Source: Eledone cirrhosa (lineage: Eukaryota). From it: DNA of 64,000 bases. Location of the stretch: the NCBI GenBank assembly GCA_964016885.1, contig OZ024741.1, positions 383,036,001 to 383,100,000 on the forward strand, in the 5' to 3' direction. The stretch's first letter is position 1. Each line of letters starts with the position of its first letter. The notes under the pieces are model-generated. The model was not told where the DNA came from. It made no database searches and was given only the letters and a program-made list of their open reading frames with translations. Made by a program: the position numbers and the translations under genes. Shown here one piece after another: positions 50,040-64,000 of the stretch.

Positions 50040-50227
50040 GCAGTGGATTGGCAGTATCGGTAGAGGGTTGGACGCCATATTTGACGCATAGAGTTACGGC
50101 TCTTGCCATTCTGAGTTCAAATCCAGCCGAGGTTAACTTTGCCTTTCATCCTTACGGGGTCGATAAAATAAAGTACCAGTAATGTACTGGGTAATTGCTG
50201 GCCTTGTGCCAATAGTAGAAACAATTA
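50040..50227 (+). mobile_element. Full-length tRNA-derived SINE
   Basis: TGGCAGTATCGG A-box-like, GAGTTCAAATCC B-box; about eight copies in the window. Confidence 0.88.
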
Positions 50228-50461
50228 TTTATATATATATATATATATATAACCTACCCCCCACTCTCCTGAGCGTGAATTTAATAAACATTTATTGTAC
50301 TGCCTCTCTGTTCTGTCCCTGTTCAAATTTTTCATTATATATATATATATATATATACAAGCAAATTATAAACGTAAACATCTAAGTGTGTTTTTGATAT
50401 ATATATATATATATATATATAAGAGAGTATTGAAGTTTGCTTGAAGCATTGTGGAATAATA

Positions 50462-51054
50462 GGTAAATATCTTTAAGTCGTTTGGAGGTCTCGACAATGC
50501 AAATGGGTAAATCTCCGGGTAACAAGATCTGGTGGAGTAGAGAGAGATGTAAGTGGGTGTACGTTGAGATGCGTGGTGTGTATAAGACGTGTAGAGGAAT
50601 GAAGTAAAAAGTATAAAGGATAAAATAAAAATAACACACGAGAGAGAGTTACATTGGGAGAGATTTAATTGTCCCTATATATTTCGGGTTCACATCCATC
50701 AACTGAGGTTTTTTTCCGGGGTGGGGGAAAGGTTGTCTGTCGGAAAGGTGCGAAACGCGTCCTCCGCTGTTTGTTGTTTTGAATATATTCCCACCCCGGA
50801 AAAATCCCCCAGTTGATGGATGTGAATCCGAAATATATAGGGACAACTAAATCTCTCCCAAGGTAACTCTCTCTCGTGTTGTTATTTTTATTTTATCCTT
50901 TATACTCTTTACTTCATTCCTCTACACGTCTTATACACACCACGCATCTCAACGTACACCCACTTACATCTCTCTCTCCACCACTGGATCTTGTAACCCG
51001 GAGATTTACCCATTTGCATTGTCGAGGCTTCCAAACGACTTAAAGATGTTTACC
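50462..51054. repeat. Foldback with ~268-bp arms and ~58-bp spacer
   Basis: 50462-50729 vs 50788-51054, high identity. Confidence 0.92.
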
Positions 51055-51185
51055 CATATATATATATGTATATATATATATATAAAATATAAATATATAT
51101 ATATATATAATGCCAGCATGACTCGGAATTTACGTTACGTTTCGCTTTTTCTACCGCCGAAATGCGATTCTCGCTGAATTTATAC

Positions 51186-51229
<44 letters not shown>

Positions 51230-51433
51230 GATAACAAGTTATCGTTAATCCAGTTAGAGGTTGTGCTCTGCGTCGTGAATAGTTTTAACGTACGGCTTGT
51301 TTTGACTCAACAAGATGCTTCCATACTTATGCAGCGAGTTAACGGTAATGTCTCTGCAGGTTATACTTGGAGTAATAATAGTTAAAGAATGAAGAGTAAC
51401 ATGGTTGGCTGTACAATAAGGGCTTTATTTAAA

Positions 51434-51543
51434 GTACTGACAAATGTTTCGTTGATCATGTGGGTCTAGATTTCGCAATCGCTTGAGGTTACGTTATTCG
51501 ATCTCCAACACATTATTCACCTCTGGTCAACACATCAGAGTAC
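51434..51543 (-). ncRNA. Type I hammerhead-like ribozyme with long stem II insertion and A9U change
   Basis: Minus strand GTACT-CTGATGT-GTTGACCA...TGATCAAC-GAAAC-ATTT-GTC-AGTAC. Confidence 0.6.
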
Positions 51544-52331
51544 GTAGATATGAAAGTAATGCACTCGAGACAAGACTTATATAGAGAAATAGCGTATAAT
51601 TAAAATAATAACATCAATAATAAAATAGCGTATAATCTAAACAATAACATCAATAATAATACATGTATGGTAAATAGGTTGAGAAGTTACAGATGTAAAA
51701 AGTAAAAGTAGAATATAAGAAAGGGTACATTAAAAAGTAAGAAAAAGAGAGAATGGAAAATATAAAGGGATAAACAAATAAATAGGTGAGAGCGTGTAAG
51801 TACATAGTAGTAGTTTTTTTAGTAAGTATTCTTATAAGGGTTCGTTGGTGGGAAGCTAGATTTGAGATGTACATAGATACGTGTAGAGAGTCCGATAAAA
51901 GAGACAATAAATTAGAGATTAATTGCTGGATGTATGTATGATATTTATGGGCTAGGGATAACGCGACATTTGATAAACGCTTGTTGTAAATGTTTTGTTG
52001 ATTGTTCTATCTTAATGGGGTTGATGTTGTTTCAGGAAGAGAGGGTGAAAGAAATGTTCAGAGACTTATGATCCAGTGACCAGTTGGCCGTATGATAGCT
52101 AATAGCAGTGCGATGGTGTGTATTCTATATGTTAAAATCTAGGTGCTTCAGTACTAATTTGGGGATTGCTGGTTCAATTCATGGTGGTTTGAAGTTTGTG
52201 AATCTAGTAGCTATTTTATGTCTACAGAAAATAGATCTTTCTATTTTGCTGTTAAGCAGCCTCCCATCGTACCTTAAAATATGTAGTAGTTCTAACTTAC
52301 AAAGTCTACAGGATTTTGCCACCGATAATTT

Positions 52332-52419
<88 letters not shown>

Positions 52420-53549
52420 CATAATATATACACACACAATCACGCACACATATATATATGTGTGTGTTTACATATGTGTGTGCGTGTGCGTGTGCGTGTG
52501 TACATACGTGTGTATGCGTGTGTGTGTAGGTGTGTGTGTGTGTGTTTGTTTGAGTATAAACACCTAAGAGAGTTTTCAATGAGTTGATGATATATATATA
52601 TAGATACAAGCAAAATAATAGATTACTAAGAATATCGGTGAAGCAGAAGATATTTTTCATATATATATATGTGTATATATATATGAGTGTGTATATATAT
52701 GAGTGTGTATGTATGTGTGTGTTTGTGTGGGTGTGTGCACGTGTGTAGGTGTGTGCACGTGTGTGGGTGTGTGTAGAAATATTTATGTTAGTTCCTTAAC
52801 ATCCGCTGATATTATCGTTTTGATAAACTAGCTTTTCTTGAAAGAAATTTTAAATGTCAGCATCGTTAATTATAACAAAATAAAGGTTAAGTAATTGAGC
52901 TTTAGTAAGCACAGAAGATGTCATTCAGTACAATCTCCTATACCCTTCCCCTCCCGTTCTCTTTTCTACTAATAGCCGTATATAACTTATTAAACAAATG
53001 CATGATATATATATGCCAGAATTATTATACATACATACACATATATATACCATAAATAGAGTATGTACATTTAAAACAGTCTCTTTTTCATATAATATAT
53101 ATTGTTATATTTGTGGAGAGTTATATTTTTATAATATTGCCAGAAATAATAATAAAACACTTTCACTGTTTGGTTTGGATTGGTTTTCGCTTCTCTATAT
53201 TTTATGTCTCCATAGTTAATTTATCTGGCAATCAATGTTTATCATTGATTGACCAACGATTAAAAATACAGATATTAATATATATATATTATCTATCAAA
53301 GTTCTTTCGTCACATATCTGTGATATCATCAGTGGAACTAATGTTTCTCCCCGTTGTATCGTAATGTCTACGCCATTTAAATTTTATTTATTTATTCTTG
53401 TTTCTGTCTCTGTTTGCTCATACGTGTGTGTGTGAGTTTTCTGTTTGGTGTGTGTTCGTGTCTGAGTATATGCGTGTTTGTATTCTGTATATACACACAC
53501 ACTAACACTCACACACACTAACACTCACCCCCCCCACACACACACACAA

Positions 53550-53623
<74 letters not shown>

Positions 53624-53639
53624 GCAAGTGGTTGACCAT

Positions 53640-54370
53640 TCCACAGACCCCTGTACTCTTAAAGTAGTAGTGAACAGCGAGTTTTACCCGGATACTAAGG
53701 ATACTCAATGAGGCACTCATACCTGCATGTTGACACCAACATCTAACCCGGGGCAAGATTAGAATTATACACGCCGTTAAACAGTGATCGTTAATTTTAA
53801 CAGTGTACTATGAACTCGTAAGGAACATGTTAAAGTAATAACATGACACGTAACCTACACAACTCGAACAACTTAAGTAAAAAAATAGATATGTCCACTA
53901 ATAACATCTCATTCAAGACGATCCCCTAATGCCATGACATGAGACACTCTGACCTTGCAAAGAGCCTCACCAACACCCACCCTGAAAATGAATACAAACC
54001 CCACAGCAAATGAGGAGTGTAACTGCAGAAACCCAGAGACTTGCCTCCTTGTAAATAAGTGCTTACAGAAAATTATTTTATATGACGGTAAAGTCAATAT
54101 TAGTAAAAATCTATATATAAACATAAATGTGACCACTATAAGCCTTAAGGCTAGGTGGGATAGCCATTACCACGCGTTTAATAGAATAGAGAAACGTAAG
54201 AACACGATCCTATCTGAGCTGATATAGTAGCTTAAACATGAAAATATAGAGCACTACTTGTCGTGGTTGATAATCAAAACACCGTATCTATACAGGGATG
54301 GGGCTTATGGAAATATATAGGATCTATGTATAACTGAAGCCATAGAAATCATCAATGGGTTAGCCTAATG
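53640..54370 (+). mobile_element. Degenerate Penelope-like C-terminus (Cys linker plus GIY-YIG remnant)
   Basis: CNCRNPETCLLVNKCLQKIILY...SLKARWDSHYHAF...TILSELI. Confidence 0.7.
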
Positions 54371-56469
54371 AAGAGGAAACCCAGCTTATTTTTTACTTCT
54401 CCCCAAATTATGATAAATACTTCTGAAATATATAATTTTTAGGTCAGAATTTCTGCTTTTATTTCTATTTACAATTGATACTGGGAACTACATGTAAGTT
54501 CGAACATCGATATATATATATATACATGAGTATTTACTCTTCTATTTCCTAATGGCTTATACTTTTAGTTCAAATATCATACTAATCAATTTTATTCCGT
54601 CTACCTTTCTCCTATACGTCTTAACACTTCGCATGCAGTCTATATGTTTACAGTTTACTTATCTAATATTATAAATCTCACAGTCATAACCAATTTAATA
54701 AAGTAACAAGTTTTCCCTATTGCAGCATCAGTTACCAGACGACCGACCGACCGACCGACCGATGCCATACTGTTTCGATCGGGATTTCGCCGGAATGACG
54801 CCAGATAGGAACACTCAGAGGACACAGTTAATTGCACTCACAACCACTCGTAAAGGGTATCTGGCTAATCTACACCACTAAACCTAACAAAAGAAAAACA
54901 TTTTCCATTAACTGAAACAGTGGAACATAAAAATATAAAGATACATAGTTGTTTATTACCAGCTGTAGGGGCATGAGAAATAGTCGAAAAAGCGTGACAA
55001 TAAAAGAACTTATCAAATATAAGGTCAAAACATCTTGACTGTTGATATAACGAGCACGCAATGAGAACTGCTACATTCTATATCCACACACCCCCATTTA
55101 GAATGAATATGAATTTCACTATCGTAATATACCGTATTCTGAGCGATTTTCGGACAACCAGCATCTCATCTCCCATAGTTAGTATATAATATATATAGAT
55201 ATTTAACTTCTAACTGATGATGACATGGTAGATGTACGTAATCTTTGTCAAACGCCGATGAAATGTACATAGCAGATGTTATTTGATAAATAAAGTATGG
55301 AAAGGTAGAACAATCTCTTCGTATATACTTACATACCAATATTCTGTCGAATACTAATCTATGTAATACCAGTTAAATAGGTACAACTGAGGTGAAGTGC
55401 TTTAACATGATTACTCCTTAGTTCATTGTTTTCGGTCAAAAATATACAATACTGACTTTCAGCGAAGATAGATTTCAAATATATATATATATATATATAT
55501 ACATAGAGAGAGAGAGAGGATGCGACATTGAAGATGTTAGGGTTCTTAATTTATTGAGCCCTTATATATATTTCAATGACGATAGATTTCATGATTTCTT
55601 CAGAGAGCAGAATTTGATGAAAAGGTAACATTTCCGAGGCAATTTTGTGAGGAAGGGAATGGACTTAAAAAATGAGTGTTTTTGCATTGAGTATCCACTC
55701 CTCTTTATTAATATACTCCGTCATCGTTGTTTTTAGGAAGTAATATGACGTTGATTGTTAGAAGTGAATTGCATCCTTATATACCAAATGTATTTAGCTC
55801 CCTATGTTGAGCGCTTTTTCATACAGTCCACTCTGATGAAGTAAGGCAGACTACAACCCAGGATATCCCAAATACTGGACACACCTAACGGTGACGGAAA
55901 TGTACTATGGAACAACTTTCGAACGGATTAATGAGAGAACCAAAAGCAACAACTACCTCTTATCCTCCATGCAACAACCTGGAAGGCAGATCTTCCGCGT
56001 CTTAACCTGCCTCATATAGCCACGGGCATCCTGTGAGGTTCACCCGGCTGCAACTTAACGGACCAAAACACCTGAAGGTCTGTGGTTATAACTGATTCTC
56101 TATAACTCGCCTCCACTCAGACATTTATCACGGACTTTTCCTTCAATTTTTTTTCCTGCATTTCCTCTCATTCATTCTCTCTATAATTCTTTTCACCTTT
56201 ATGTATATATGTTTTCCTTTACTCTCTTTATATTCCCATTTTTCGCGTTGATCCTTACTCATATGTGACTTTTATTACATTTCTCCTTAAATTATCAATG
56301 TATTATTGGTCTCCACCGGATTGACCGGGATACCAAGTATTTGATTATTTAATGTTTACATCCGTTACATTAGATATTTTATTGTCATTCTCGACAAGAG
56401 GCCAGCTTTTTTCCATAGGGAGTCATAACAAGTTAATATCCAGCTCTGAACCCAATCCCTACTGTGGAC

Positions 56470-56680
56470 TCTTTGGCAGTGGAGACTTCTGGTATACTCG
56501 GCCCCAGGGCTACCTCCGTACTCACCACCATAGGCGCTGAGTTGGCCAGCCGCAAATGTGAGCACCGCGAGTTGGAGTGGCACTTCCAGCGCGTCACCCT
56601 CGCCGTCCTCCGAGGAAACGCCTTCTCTATTCTGTCCGCCGGGGCTCTGGGTGGGCCGCATCACGTACCGTTGTAGAGTA
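56470..56680 (+). mobile_element. Short 3' fragment of the CRE-like element
   Basis: LAVETSGILGPRATSVLTTIGAELASRK...AVLRGNAFSIL, same family as 14580-14760. Confidence 0.85.
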
Positions 56681-57446
56681 AACAGGAAGACAACATCTAA
56701 TCTTTTATAGTGACACTCCTTTGACAAACTTTCTTACTGCCAATGACATTTCTATATGTAACTCATTACAACATTGCCACACTACTTGAATTTCGTGTCA
56801 TCCCTAATACGAATATACACTTTGCTAGTGAAATATTATTCTTAGCATATTGACTATTGTCTAGTTTTCTGGACTTCTATCTTTTAACTCTTAACGTCTG
56901 AAATCTAGAATCTGATTGGATTTTCGGGTTGTGAAACCTTTAATATTTTCTATGATAAGTTATATTTACCATAGCAGTAGGTAACTTTGGAGTTGATAGT
57001 CTGAATATTATCCCGCCTTAAACGGATAGCCGTTACGAATGCACAAACTTTTCTGCTGGTCATCAAAGCTAGCAGTAAATAAATTTTGGTTGGTCTGAAC
57101 TCCCACTGACCATATCGAGTTCTCGACCGAGGTGGTGGGGACTGGTAGATAGAGAGTAAATAAAGTTGGTGATATTCTCGCTTGTAGTCAGCCACCCACA
57201 CCCCTGTGACCTTGCAGGGCTGTTAGGATGATCTGAAAGTTAGAAGTGAGTGGACACTCAAAGCAAAAACATACACATTTTTTTAGTCCGTTCCTTTCCA
57301 CCAAAAATTGTCCCGGAAATGTTACCTTTTAATCAATTGTTGCTCTCTGAATAAATCACGATATCTATCGTCATTGAAATATGTATAACGGCTCAATTAA
57401 CAAAGAATCCTATCATCTTCAATTGCACATTTTCTCTTTATTAATA

Positions 57447-57630
57447 ATTGTTTCTACTTTTGGCACAAGGCCAGCAATTAAACCAGTCCATTACTGGTAC
57501 TTTATTTTATCGATCCCGTAAGGATGAAAGGCAAATTTAAACTCGGCGGGATTTGAACTCAGAATGGCAAGGGCCGTAACTCTATGCGTCAAAGCATGGC
57601 GTCCGACCCTCTACCGATACTGCCAATCCA
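57447..57630 (-). mobile_element. SINE, same family as 50040
   Basis: Full-length match. Confidence 0.88.
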
Positions 57631-57713
57631 CAATAATATACTCCGCCATCCTTGCTTTTAGGAAGTAATGTGACGTTCAGTACTGGAAGTGAATGGCATC
57701 CTTGTATACCGAA

Positions 57714-57837
<124 letters not shown>

Positions 57838-57911
57838 TCTGTGTTTCTAAATATATCCTTGTTGATTGTCAGTATATCATATTTTTCACCGAAATCAACG
57901 AAATATGTATG

Positions 57912-57942
<31 letters not shown>

Positions 57943-57947
<5 letters not shown>

Positions 57948-58150
57948 GAGATGAAATCGAAAATGCAACTGGAGTCTTATTTTTTTTTTAAATATATATA
58001 TATTTATTTGGTTCCTTTACCGGTTTCGCAGTTCTTCTGCTTTTCAAAAGGTGAGTTGAGATGGAGGGTCTGTGGTTTTTCTCACATCTGGTTGGTCTCT
58101 GAAAAAAAAAGCCTTCGTGAGCCACCTTTTTTTTAAGTAAAGAAATTCAA

Positions 58151-58182
<32 letters not shown>

Positions 58183-58676
58183 ACACAAGTACACAAATAA
58201 ACACACATATCTTTACTTTCTTTATAACCAACCAAAAAAAAGCCTACGTGAGCCTCCTTTTTTCAAGTAAAAAGACATTCAAACACTCATATATGAAAAA
58301 AACAACCTGTGACACCCCCCCTCTTATTTGAAGAAGTATTGTAACGTGAACTGGCGCGAAATTTATTATAATTATTGACAAACCAATCAAATTACTTCTC
58401 GAAAAACCTGGCATTTTCGAGCCAGTTTTTCCATATAAAACAAGTAACATTCAGAGACCAACCAGATGTGAGAAAAACCACAGACCCTCCATCTCAACTC
58501 ACCTTTTGAAAAGCAGAAGAACTGCGAAACCGCTAAAGGAACCAAATAAGTATATATATTTTTTTTAAAAATAAGACTCCAGTTGCATTTTCGATTTCAT
58601 CTCTTTTTTTTTATACTTTCACTCGTGTAGGACACCTCGGTTATTTTTCATTTTGTAAAAAAAAACCTCACTTTAT

Positions 58677-58680
<4 letters not shown>
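57943..58680. mobile_element. TA-flanked foldback element with a minimal hammerhead in each arm
   Basis: 57943-58100 inverted at 58452-58612; HHRs at 58014-58051 (-) and 58502-58539 (+). Confidence 0.88.
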
Positions 58681-58763
<83 letters not shown>

Positions 58764-59112
58764 TATATATTTGCTCACAAGCTCACATTAATTTCTATAC
58801 TTTCATTTATATTTATACTCGGAATTTTTCCTAGAGTGTTTAAAATTATTTGTGACTAATCCCGGTCTTTTTTCTTTTTTAAAAACCGCGATAATATTGT
58901 TATTTTGCTGATCTCCTTACATTTTGTAGAGTTTTTTCGGAATGTCTTTTGACTGCTGTTTCTTCTAAATAGACATTCGTCTCATTCTGACGTCACCAGC
59001 CATGTCTCTCCATGTATTTTTATTTTCATAATTACGCACGAGGTGAACTAGCCTGCTTTTAAATTCCCTTTTTTGCATATTCTAGCAGTGATTCTAGGGT
59101 TATCGTGTTTGA

Positions 59113-59191
59113 GCTCTACTGATGAAGGACTCCAACCGTGACCATCCCCACTGAATGGTTTCGTGAAATAGTCTTTAAGACTATATAGAGC
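59113..59191 (+). ncRNA. Type I hammerhead ribozyme, copy 1 (stem II mismatch)
   Basis: GCTCTA-CTGATGA-AGGA...TCGT-GAAA-TAGTCT-TTA-AGACTA-TA-TAGAGC. Confidence 0.75.
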
Positions 59192-59771
59192 ATTTGTAGT
59201 TTTTTAAAATTGAAGGATGAGTATTTAAACTTTATTTTATTCAGAGTTAAGGCTCGATTGATTTTTCCCTGGATTTCACAAAATCTGTGGATAATTTTAA
59301 AATCTGTGGATAATTTAAAATTCAATCTGTGGATAATTTTAAATTGAGTTTGAATTATTTTCCCACATGTTACGTTAATTATTTTTCCATCTTGACGTTA
59401 TAGTCACTTATATGTTATGAAATACTGTTGGCTTCATGCTCACATTAATTTCTATACTTTCATTTATATTTATACTCGGAATTTTTCCTAAAGTGCTTAA
59501 AATTATTTGTGACTAATCTCGGTCTTTTTTTTTTTTTAAAAACCGCGATAATATTGCTATTTTGCTGAACTCCTTGCATTTTGTAGAGTTTTTTTCTGAA
59601 TGTTTTTTGACTGTTGTTTCTTGTCAATAGACATTCGTCTCATTCTGACGTCACCAGCCATGTCTCTCCATGTGTGTTTATTTTCATAATGACGCACGAA
59701 GGTAACTAGCCTGCTTTTAAATTCACTTTTTGGCATATTCTAGAAGTGGCGTCTAGGGTCATCGTGTTTGA

Positions 59772-59850
59772 GCTCTACTGATGAACGACTCCAACCGTGA
59801 CCATCCCCACTGAAAAGTTTCGTGAAATAGTCTTTAAGACTATATAGAGC
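59772..59850 (+). ncRNA. Type I hammerhead ribozyme, copy 2 (all stems intact)
   Basis: Stem I GCUCUA/UAGAGC, core CUGAUGA, stem II ACGA/UCGU, GAAA, stem III UAGUCU/AGACUA, predicted cleavage after AUA at 59844. Confidence 0.85.
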
Positions 59851-60115
59851 ATTTGTAGTTTTTCAAATTGAAGGATGCGTATTTATACTTTATTTTATTC
59901 ATTCAGAGTTAAGGTTTTTCCCTGGATTTCACAAAATCTGTGGATAAATCTGTCTTGATTTTTTTTAAATTGAGTTTGAATTATTTTCCCACATCTTACG
60001 TTAATTATTTTTCCATTTTGACGTTATAGTCACTTATATGTTATGAAATACTGTTGGCTTCATGCTCACATTAATTTATATATTATATATATGTATATAC
60101 ATATATATATAGACA

Positions 60116-60238
<123 letters not shown>

Positions 60239-61396
60239 GCGTGTGTGCATATGGGTGTGAGTCTGGTTGTGTTCGTATATATAATATATTGCACCCCGTA
60301 ACAAAGGTTGTGTTGACTTATATCTCACATATGTTGTCGACGAATTTGGTGGTTCTAGCTCCCAAAATTACATTTTATACCTTTTATTTAAATGTTCTGT
60401 TCTGCGGTATCAACTCTCTTTTTAATAAAGACGTAAATATTACTCGATTACTATAAGACGGACCTACACATAATTTGGCGTCTTTTCGTGTATATTAAAG
60501 GTACACAAATTCGAGATCCAGATTAATCCATTAATCCATGCTAAATCAGACTTTGAACTAGTAATGAAGTAAATATACCATTTAAGAAAATTCGTTTGGT
60601 GAACATTCATTGAGAAAATAATTCTTTCATGGAAGGATATGCATCGTTGAACAATGCGAATATAAATAGAACAAATACAGTGATACAGATCACAATAAAA
60701 AAAATATAACATTGCAAATTATTTGGTGTATTTCAATCCTAATTAATTAAAGAATGGACTTGAAAATCATAGAATAGGTTTTTAACAATATATCATATAA
60801 TAGTAGCGGGGCGTATATAAAAAATTAAAACAAAATTGATATTTCCATAACATTCATACACATCTCAAATATTTCTCATTGAGAATTTTAAAAAGGTGAA
60901 TTATGCAAACATTTAGAGGAAAATGTAGCCATGAAAAATAGAGAACAATTAAAATTTATATTAATACCTTGGAGGTTAAGAAGTTTCATTAAATGCAATT
61001 TCCAATTACGTATGTGCGAATGTATGTGTGTATGTGTGTATGTGTGTGTGTGTGCGAGTGTGTGTGAATGTCTGTAGATGTTAACAAAATTTGCAAACTC
61101 GATATATTCAATTACGTATGCTTATGTATATGAGTATATATTTAGCAAAGCGGAGGTCATTTATATATGTATGTATCCATAACGGTAGAGGTAATTTTAA
61201 ACTAAATCTCATTAAATTTATTACCAATTTAGAAGGATATTTCATGTACAAACCGAATTAATATGAATATATGCATATATAGATTTCCGTATTGATATTG
61301 GAAGACATATTAAACACACATCTCCCTGCGCACGCACAGTCAAATATTACACACACACACACTCTCTATCTCACTATATTTCTCTTTTTCTTTCCA

Positions 61397-61488
<92 letters not shown>

Positions 61489-61913
61489 TCTCTCTCTCTC
61501 TCTGAATAGATATATACATAGATACAGATACACACACACTCAGATATATATATATATATATATATACGTACATACATCTGTCTATATATATATATTAATA
61601 TATATATCCATATTATATGTGTAAATATATATATATATATATGCGCTTGTGTGTATGTTTGTGTATATATATATATATATACGCATATGTATATATATAC
61701 GAAAAGCACTGTAATATTGCACTGATATGCATACACATACAGATATAATGGATAATGGACTCAATGGAGAAATTGAGATAAATATATTTTATTTAATTCC
61801 AGTAGAAGATACACTTCGAGATAACGAATAATATTAATGGTTTTATCTTGCGGAATTTTATATATATATAAATATCTATTTGTGTGTGTGTGTTTGTGTG
61901 CGAGTGTGTGCGC

Positions 61914-62013
<100 letters not shown>

Positions 62014-62395
62014 CTGTGTGTGTACGTGTGTGAGTGTATTACACGTAAAAATATATTGTACATATATTAATATATATGAGTTCTATAGGAATGTGAGTGG
62101 ATATTATTGAGTGTGTAATCAATAATATATTACGTGAATTGTTAATATATATGATGACAAAAGTCATTTTAAAAATTTATCTTTATATATCTTCAATTTA
62201 CTAGTAAATTTGAGTATGTTCGTTAGTTATGTAAATCGGGGCCATCGTATTTTATTAGGTGACTGCTTTTTTTCTTTTCTCTGCGGATCCAGAATCAGAC
62301 AGAACCACACAATGATCGTCTCTCGAGCTGTCCGCCGGCGAAACAATTGTAACGCACAATAAATTGAGTTCAGATGCAGCACTGATTTTTCGTTT

Positions 62396-62432
<37 letters not shown>

Positions 62433-62439
<7 letters not shown>

Positions 62440-62789
62440 GTGAGGTTTTTTTTACAAAATGAAAAATAACCGAGGTGTCCTACACGAGTGGAAGTATAAA
62501 GAAAAAGGGATGAAATCGAAAATGCAACTGAAGTCTTATTTTTTTTTTTAAATATATATATTTATTTGGTTCCTATACCGGTTTCGCAGTTCTTCTGCTT
62601 TTCAAAAGGTGAGTTGAGATGGAGGGTCTGTGGTTTTTCTCACATCTGTGAGAAAAAACACAGACCCTCCATCTCAACTCACCTTTTGAAAAGCAGAAGA
62701 ACTGCGAAACCGGTAAAGGAACCAAATAAATATATATATTTAAAAAAAAAAATAAGACTTCAGTTGCATTTTCGATTTCATCCCTTTTT

Positions 62790-62795
<6 letters not shown>
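62433..62795. mobile_element. TA-flanked, almost spacerless foldback of the same family as 57943
   Basis: 62497-62645 inverted at 62648-62795. Confidence 0.9.
62682..62719 (+). ncRNA. Minimal hammerhead with U3-A8 core variant
   Basis: CCTT-TTGAAAA-GCAG-AAGAA-CTGC-GAAA-CCG-GTA-AAGG; palindromic ACCGGT stem III. Confidence 0.7.
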
Positions 62796-62843
<48 letters not shown>

Positions 62844-63137
62844 GACAGGGTTGAAGACTTTAAAGACGGAAAAAGAAGGTGGAAGCTCTTTCATTCAGGC
62901 GGAAACATCTTACTGGAAGTCCCTTTAGTGTCCTGGCTCGTGCACGCAGACAGTATCTCAGATATAGGATGTTCGATACTGCATAGGGACCGCTATCATC
63001 TTCATTTTCCCTATCTAAGGGTCTTTACCCGATTATTATAAGCTATATAAACAATTGCAGTTATAGTCTGTGCCTGAACATTCTAAATCTATAAAATTCT
63101 ACGAAAGTTCGAAAACTCGAGATTTGCAAACGATGTC

Positions 63138-63265
<128 letters not shown>

Positions 63266-63646
63266 GTGTATCTATGTATATATATATATATATATGTAAT
63301 TCAATAAACAATAGAGATGGACACTAATATAAACATGCATGTGTTCGAATTGTAAGGACCAAAGTTTGCTAGGGTGAAAAAATATTAACTACAGCCATAT
63401 AGTTTGTTATCCTTAACTTTAAATATTAAATTAAGAAAAATTAAGAAAAATAACATACCTATATTGGGCAAAAATGCCTGGTAACAACGACATATATATA
63501 TGTATGTATGTATATATATATATGTATATATATATGTATCTATGTATATGTATATATATTTATATATATATATATGATATATATATGTGTGTGTGTGTAT
63601 ATATATATATACATGTGTGTGCGTGGGCATGTATGTGTGTGTGTGC

Positions 63647-63687
<41 letters not shown>

Positions 63688-63701
63688 TTTGTGTTTGTGT
63701 G

Positions 63702-63759
<58 letters not shown>

Positions 63760-64000
63760 TGTGCATATTAGGAAAATATGAAACATAGAAAATGCAAATA
63801 CGATTTTCTAATAGAATAACAGAAAAACCTTTTTTTAATAGCTAATAATATCGTTTTCAGTCGATAAAAATTTCGACTTCTTCATGTCACAGGAAATATG
63901 ATAAAAAAAGTATATAATAAAGTTAAGGTGTCTATTAATTAGAAGAGGGAATTAGAGAACATAGTTTAAATATATATATAAAAGTTCACATTTCCGTTTC

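Larger units (their letters stand above)
49936..51190. mobile_element. TA-flanked ~85-bp inverted repeats enclosing a SINE and a second foldback
   Basis: 49936-50020 is near-perfectly reverse-complementary to 51107-51190. Confidence 0.8.
58781..60077 (+). repeat. Tandem dimer (657 and 626 bp) between (TA)n tracts; retrozyme-like
   Basis: GCTCACATTAATTT at 58781, 59438 and 60064. Confidence 0.93.

Noticed and set aside
54763-54825. Hammerhead-like GAAAC motif near the Penelope remnant
   Set aside because: Opposite strand to the remnant and the core is not recoverable
55833-55900. CTGATGA followed by GAAA
   Set aside because: Could not form stems I-III

Overview
AT-rich, microsatellite-dense eukaryotic DNA. 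The tRNA-type SINE family and the (TA)n/(TG)n load suggest an octopod cephalopod (inference). No confident host gene was found, only one candidate 96-bp exon. The window is mostly retroelement debris: two near full-length Tx1/L1-clade LINEs (-), two R4/Dong-like LINEs (+), CRE and RTE fragments, several Penelope-like (PLE) RT and GIY-YIG remnants, SINEs and many TA-flanked foldback elements. The main signal is a high density of predicted hammerhead ribozymes (HHRs): (1) a 7.8-kb array of 18 head-to-tail ~442-bp units, each with a minimal type I HHR and an upstream octamer motif, next to a PLE reverse transcriptase; (2) an unrelated TA-flanked ~650-bp tandem dimer with a three-stem HHR in each copy; (3) a foldback family with a minimal HHR carrying a compensatory U3-A8 core; (4) several decayed HHRs. 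These look like non-autonomous, retrozyme-like self-cleaving elements, possibly mobilised by PLEs. All ribozyme calls were folded by eye and are untested.
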